A stretch of 64,000 nucleotides of DNA from Bacteroidales bacterium (GTDB lineage: Bacteria > Bacteroidota > Bacteroidia > Bacteroidales > Marinilabiliaceae): assembly GCA_015061285.1 (NCBI GenBank), contig SUWW01000004.1, positions 341 through 64,340 on the forward strand, in the 5' to 3' direction. This document shows, piece by piece, positions 59,776 through 64,000 of the stretch. Within the stretch, counting starts at the first letter, position 1; each line of letters starts with the position of its first letter. Both the position numbers and the translations under genes were made by a program. The notes under the pieces are model-generated. The model saw nothing but the letters and a program-made list of their open reading frames with translations. It ran no database searches and was not told the DNA's origin.

Positions 59776-62700
59776 TTACTTGAAGATGATGCGCACATTG
59801 TCGGCTTTGCTACCATTCGTTAGTTGATCAATATAACCACGGAATGCTTTGAGTGCTTCGTTTGGTGTCATCGGCCGATTGAATACATTGCGACGAATAT
59901 CATCTACCCCAATTGTTATCTTGTTGATACCTTGATGTAGTTTGCCGACAATGCTAACCAATCGTTCAGCATTCGTAGGCGACAACTCCTCGTCTCCATT
60001 GTTGAAGCGGTTCAGTAATCCCTGCTCGCTGTCGTCGAGAATCTCCTTGTTCTTCAGTAAGTCTTCGTCCCTGAGTATGACATGGAGTGTTTCTTCGGCA
60101 TTGGCATATATTGCTTCAAGTTCGACCTTCAAATCGCCAAGGTCGGGCAATTGCTTACCAACAAAAGACATAGGGTTGAATCCCTGATAAGGCACACGAA
60201 GCACTGCGTCTTTGTTGACATTCGGGCTACTCATAGTGAGCGACTGAATCTTCCTCTCCCATTCGCTATACTGTGTGGCCATAGAGAAGTAGCCATTGCT
60301 TTGGTCTGCTCTACAGATGGTTTCGCATACCTTCTTTTCGTTGCTATTGAGTAGCTTGTTCTTCTCTGCATTTTGTATAGCAGTGATATGCAGTCGGTTG
60401 TATTCCGAGAGATACCAGTCGGCATAATTGCTCATGATGGCATCAAGCTCAGCCTTATAAGCGCTCACCTTCTGCTCGTCGTTCATCTCGGCTATTACGC
60501 CGTTTATCTTCTGTATGGCAGAGTCAACAGATTGCTTCATCTCTTCGCTCGTCATGTACTGCTTAGCCTGATTCAAGTAGCTGAAGCGAGAACTGAATTC
60601 CGAGACTATCGAGAGTTTCTTCTTTATTTCGTCCTTCTTGCGAATCAGTGCGCACTTCTCCTTTATCTCGTTGGTAGGCCAAGGCAGATTGCGCATCTTT
60701 GTTGGAGTAGCATAGGCCTGAAGTTTGTCGCACATGCCAGCCAGAGCTTTGAAGTCGTTGTTGAGTTTTAAGCCTTCGCTTGGCGATAGTATCTCGTGTC
60801 CTTGAAGTTCTATACCGTTTGCAACCTTGTGACCTAACTCTACTGCGTCAGCTGCAATAGTCTTGGCATTGCTAAGTAGTTCGGCATATATCTCCAGATT
60901 CTGTAGCTGGGCCGTCATGTCCTTGCCCGTGATGCCAAGGAAGAGCTCACGCACTGCCGCCACATTCATTCCTTTGGGTGCGCGGATGTGCGAGAAGGTA
61001 TATGTCTTGTCGTGCGCAAAATTCTCGATGTCAGCAAGATTGGTTGCATTGATACTTACACCACCAGGGTAGTCAATTTCAATTTCGCCCATCGCAACCA
61101 TGGCCGCAAGCACAAGGAACTCGTATTCAGAATCGATGTCGAAGTCGTTGCTGCGCCATTCGTTATCCCACTCTTTGAAGAACCGATGCAAAATCTCGTC
61201 TCGGTTGAGAACCTGCCCTTCGCCCTTGTTATGCAATTTTTCCTTTATGCTTATTGCATACTGGCAAGCATCCACACTGAGCTGATTGTCTTGCAAGAGT
61301 GATAGACCTGCAAGTATTGCATCGCCATCAGAGTTTACTGTCGCTGGATTGGCAATCTTGCGTCGTGCTCCTTTGAGAATGTTTACACGATTCACTTCAG
61401 TCAACGGAGCACGAAGAAGTGTGAACTTAGGATAGTTTGGCAACTGCTGACAGAAATAGTCTTCGAGTAGAGTGCTGGCTATATTGCTAATTATCTGCTC
61501 TTTAGAGCCACCGTTCATCTTGTCTGGCGTAACAGGTTGCGCCTCGCCTTGATAAACTATTTCTGTGCATTGCATGAAGTCGCGCTGGAAGAGCGCCTTC
61601 AACTTGTCGGTATATCGTTTCTTATACTCCTCGTAGAACGGCTTCTGCGAACTATCTACACTGGCTATAAGAGCCTCTGTAGAAGCGTATAGCTCCACAT
61701 AATCCTTCATCTCTTGACTTATCTTGTCAAGGTGAACGTAAACACTGTCTGGCTCATCGTCATGCTTCATCTTCGCCTTATTGAAGATAGGCATGAAGTA
61801 TATGTAGAAGTTCTGTTGCGGCTGTGTTGTGCTACGTTCATTTGGATTACCCATGAATATGTAGCCGTCAAGCATTATCTTATGACTCTTCCACTCTATG
61901 CGGTGACAGAATATCTTGAACTCACGTCGATATTGCTCTGTTTCGATGGGCAGATATTCCACTAGGAAGTTGAAGAAATGGCTATCCTTGTTGTCGTCAC
62001 TCATGGTGGCTACGAAGTCCTTAATCTTCTGTTCGTAGTTAACGCCGCCCTCGATGCGCAGGTGAAATTCCTGATTATTGTCGTTCTTCTCGAAGTACTG
62101 ACCAACAGTGGCCGTGACTATTTGGTTGGCCACGGTATTTATGGTGTCGAGCAAGAACTCGCGACTGAGGCAAGTCGCATCAACATAACAGAGATCATCG
62201 ACAAGATTCTCCGCGCTTACACCATTAGTCTTTTCGAGGCTGTCTTGAAGTATCTTTACCGCACAGGCATTGGCAATGCGATGCGCAAGAGGAGCCTTCT
62301 TTGCACGTGCGGCAGTGAAGTTTTCGTCTATCTTCTGATGGACTATATCCATGATTTCCGTCACTCGACGAATATCTGGATTGGTCTGCATATCGCTTAC
62401 CTGCAAATCTTCCCAATAGCTATCATAGCAGATAAGTCCAGGATTTGTCTCTGGTACATCTACATCGAGCAACGACTCAAACTTGCGGGTGAGAGTCTTC
62501 ATTACCTCTCGCTGACTCTTGCCAATCTTGATTTGCTGGAAGTTCTCAAAGAACGATGGATTAACAGGGAACAGGTTCACGTAGTTTTCCAAATTGGCAT
62601 GTATGTCGCTAAAATACTGCGTGAACTTGCTTAGATGCTTGCGAATAATGTCTTTCTGCGCATCATTCTTATGAAGTAGACGTTGTTGCACCACAAACTG

Positions 62701-63453
62701 CACGTCTTGTTTGGTGATTTCAATCTGACGGAAACGGTCGTTGACCTTCTGCAACATATTAGCTGCGAACTGGAACTCTGGTGCTTTGTATATATGCTCC
62801 TGTACGCCAAACACCATTCGGAATTTGCTGTGGTCACTCATCTGACCAAAAGCCTGTAGCACGGCGAGGTCTCGGTTCAAGTCAGCCGAGCCGCTACGTC
62901 CCTTTAGATAGCTAAGCATCTCGTCGATGACAATCATCAGGCCTTTACCCTGGAACGTTTCTTCAAACTGAGCCATCATGCGGTTCAATTTGTCGGTGTA
63001 CATATCAGGCTTGTCGTCCTTTTCTATGCTGTAGTCGACGCCCCATTTTTCGAGTTGCAAGTCTATTTGATGGCAAACTATACGCCAGAGCTCATCGTTA
63101 GAGCCTAATTCAAAACGAACAACCTTGTACTTTCCTGCAATATTTCGCAGCACCTGACGTGCCGTGTCGCTTTTGACAAATTCCAAGTATTGCTCGTCTT
63201 CGGCCACAAGAGAAAATAACGACATCAGGTGTGATTTACCTGTACCGTAATTACCCACTATCTGTAGACCGTATGTATCGTAACTCGCTGTGTAATCAAG
63301 ATTCTTACACAGCGTAGGGATTATATTCTTCTCATAAGCCTCTGAAAATACGAAATCGCTCACCAGCGAACGACGATAATCGTTCTCCTGTAGCCTATCG
63401 AATTTTACTACTTCGTTTATCGGTTCAAACTGAATAAGATCTCTATATTTCAT
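59776..63453 (-). CDS. brxC: BrxC/PglY-like large P-loop ATPase
   Basis: 1225 aa. N-terminal KYRDLIQFEPINEVV and Walker A GNYGTGKSH. Placed between the BrxF-like and methylase genes. Confidence 0.7.
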   Translation of the reverse strand: MKYRDLIQFEPINEVVKFDRLQENDYRRSLVSDFVFSEAYEKNIIPTLCKNLDYTASYDTYGLQIVGNYGTGKSHLMSLFSLVAEDEQYLEFVKSDTARQVLRNIAGKYKVVRFELGSNDELWRIVCHQIDLQLEKWGVDYSIEKDDKPDMYTDKLNRMMAQFEETFQGKGLMIVIDEMLSYLKGRSGSADLNRDLAVLQAFGQMSDHSKFRMVFGVQEHIYKAPEFQFAANMLQKVNDRFRQIEITKQDVQFVVQQRLLHKNDAQKDIIRKHLSKFTQYFSDIHANLENYVNLFPVNPSFFENFQQIKIGKSQREVMKTLTRKFESLLDVDVPETNPGLICYDSYWEDLQVSDMQTNPDIRRVTEIMDIVHQKIDENFTAARAKKAPLAHRIANACAVKILQDSLEKTNGVSAENLVDDLCYVDATCLSREFLLDTINTVANQIVTATVGQYFEKNDNNQEFHLRIEGGVNYEQKIKDFVATMSDDNKDSHFFNFLVEYLPIETEQYRREFKIFCHRIEWKSHKIMLDGYIFMGNPNERSTTQPQQNFYIYFMPIFNKAKMKHDDEPDSVYVHLDKISQEMKDYVELYASTEALIASVDSSQKPFYEEYKKRYTDKLKALFQRDFMQCTEIVYQGEAQPVTPDKMNGGSKEQIISNIASTLLEDYFCQQLPNYPKFTLLRAPLTEVNRVNILKGARRKIANPATVNSDGDAILAGLSLLQDNQLSVDACQYAISIKEKLHNKGEGQVLNRDEILHRFFKEWDNEWRSNDFDIDSEYEFLVLAAMVAMGEIEIDYPGGVSINATNLADIENFAHDKTYTFSHIRAPKGMNVAAVRELFLGITGKDMTAQLQNLEIYAELLSNAKTIAADAVELGHKVANGIELQGHEILSPSEGLKLNNDFKALAGMCDKLQAYATPTKMRNLPWPTNEIKEKCALIRKKDEIKKKLSIVSEFSSRFSYLNQAKQYMTSEEMKQSVDSAIQKINGVIAEMNDEQKVSAYKAELDAIMSNYADWYLSEYNRLHITAIQNAEKNKLLNSNEKKVCETICRADQSNGYFSMATQYSEWERKIQSLTMSSPNVNKDAVLRVPYQGFNPMSFVGKQLPDLGDLKVELEAIYANAEETLHVILRDEDLLKNKEILDDSEQGLLNRFNNGDEELSPTNAERLVSIVGKLHQGINKITIGVDDIRRNVFNRPMTPNEALKAFRGYIDQLTNGSKADNVRIIFK

Positions 63454-63468
63454 GTTGTTAGTTGCTTT

Positions 63469-63882
63469 TTATATGTATTTATAGGAAAGTCCTTTGAGGT
63501 TCACTGCAATATTGTCGGTGGATGATAGAAAATAAAGCTTGTCATCTTGCACCATAGCATCTGACCTTACAAACAAACACAGGCCTTTTGAGTACGAATC
63601 CAAGATTGCATAAACGTCAATCTTCAACTCAGGCTCGAATAGAATCCCGACATTTTCGATGGCAATGTATTTACCAATTGTTGGATGAACGCGAATCTGA
63701 CTTAGCACCTGCTTGTATTTCGACTCAACACCATTCTCCACTGACGTATCCTCTTTCACGAGTGCAGACAACTCCCTGCCGACATTGACGAATTGTATTC
63801 CATCGATGTCGTCTTTGCAAAAGACTATTCTATTCCTCGTGTTTTGTTGAGTGTACGCCAATATATCTCGGATCGAAGCCAT
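63469..63882 (-). CDS. BrxF-like small protein lacking a Walker A motif, tentative
   Basis: 137 aa, first gene of the operon. IAIENVGILFEPELKIDVYAILDSYSKGLCLFV resembles the C-terminal half of BrxF as I recall it. No GxxxxGK[ST]. Confidence 0.3.
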   Translation of the reverse strand: MASIRDILAYTQQNTRNRIVFCKDDIDGIQFVNVGRELSALVKEDTSVENGVESKYKQVLSQIRVHPTIGKYIAIENVGILFEPELKIDVYAILDSYSKGLCLFVRSDAMVQDDKLYFLSSTDNIAVNLKGLSYKYI

Positions 63883-64000
63883 ACTGCGTGTTTTTTACTC
63901 TACAAAAGGGATAACATGAGTGCGACTCAAAACGTTCAGCCGACATCCGATAACAACAACGTGTTTCAACGAGCAACCGTCCCAACCTCCGACAATGGCA

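Noticed and set aside
61978-62634. A 218-aa plus-strand ORF inside brxC. Others occur inside the SusC, SusD, Z1 and methylase genes.
   Set aside because: They are antisense shadows of genes with strong motif support. There are no motifs and no plausible start context.

Overview
This window is a Bacteroidales-type chromosome segment in three parts. All calls come from reading the translated ORFs, motifs and raw repeats. No database search was run.

(1) 1-19.3 kb holds housekeeping and envelope genes: ssb, a gldE/gldD-like pair, an Sfp-type PPTase, a GGGP-synthase-family gene, a porin, a beta-barrel OMP and an S41 peptidase. These are followed by a SusC/SusD pair with an AraC regulator, an MFS sugar porter and a 1123-aa DUF5107/TPR protein.

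(2) 19.5-48.8 kb is a ~29 kb prophage-like element.
- Contractile-tail genes: sheath- and tube-like proteins, a tape measure preceded by a chaperone with a textbook -1 frameshift signal, and baseplate-like genes.
- Head and lysis genes: a prohead protease-scaffold fusion, two capsid-like paralogues (one frame-disrupted), two Amidase_2 endolysins and lysis-type membrane proteins including a u-spanin-like lipoprotein.
- Fibre-like proteins and a large block of orphan genes.
- I could not recognise a terminase, portal, integrase or replication gene.
- Thirteen of its intergenic spacers are built from heptamer-phased AT-rich repeats, some around GC-rich cores.

(3) 48.9-63.9 kb is a minus-strand defence island. 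A TIR-like protein is followed by a tightly packed 10-gene operon resembling type 3 BREX: BrxF-like, BrxC-like, Zn-ribbon adenine methylase, PglZ and BrxA-like. It differs from the canonical set by an embedded ORF6N-Doc module and by a Z1 helicase-like protein plus a SprT-like protease where a BrxHII helicase would be expected.
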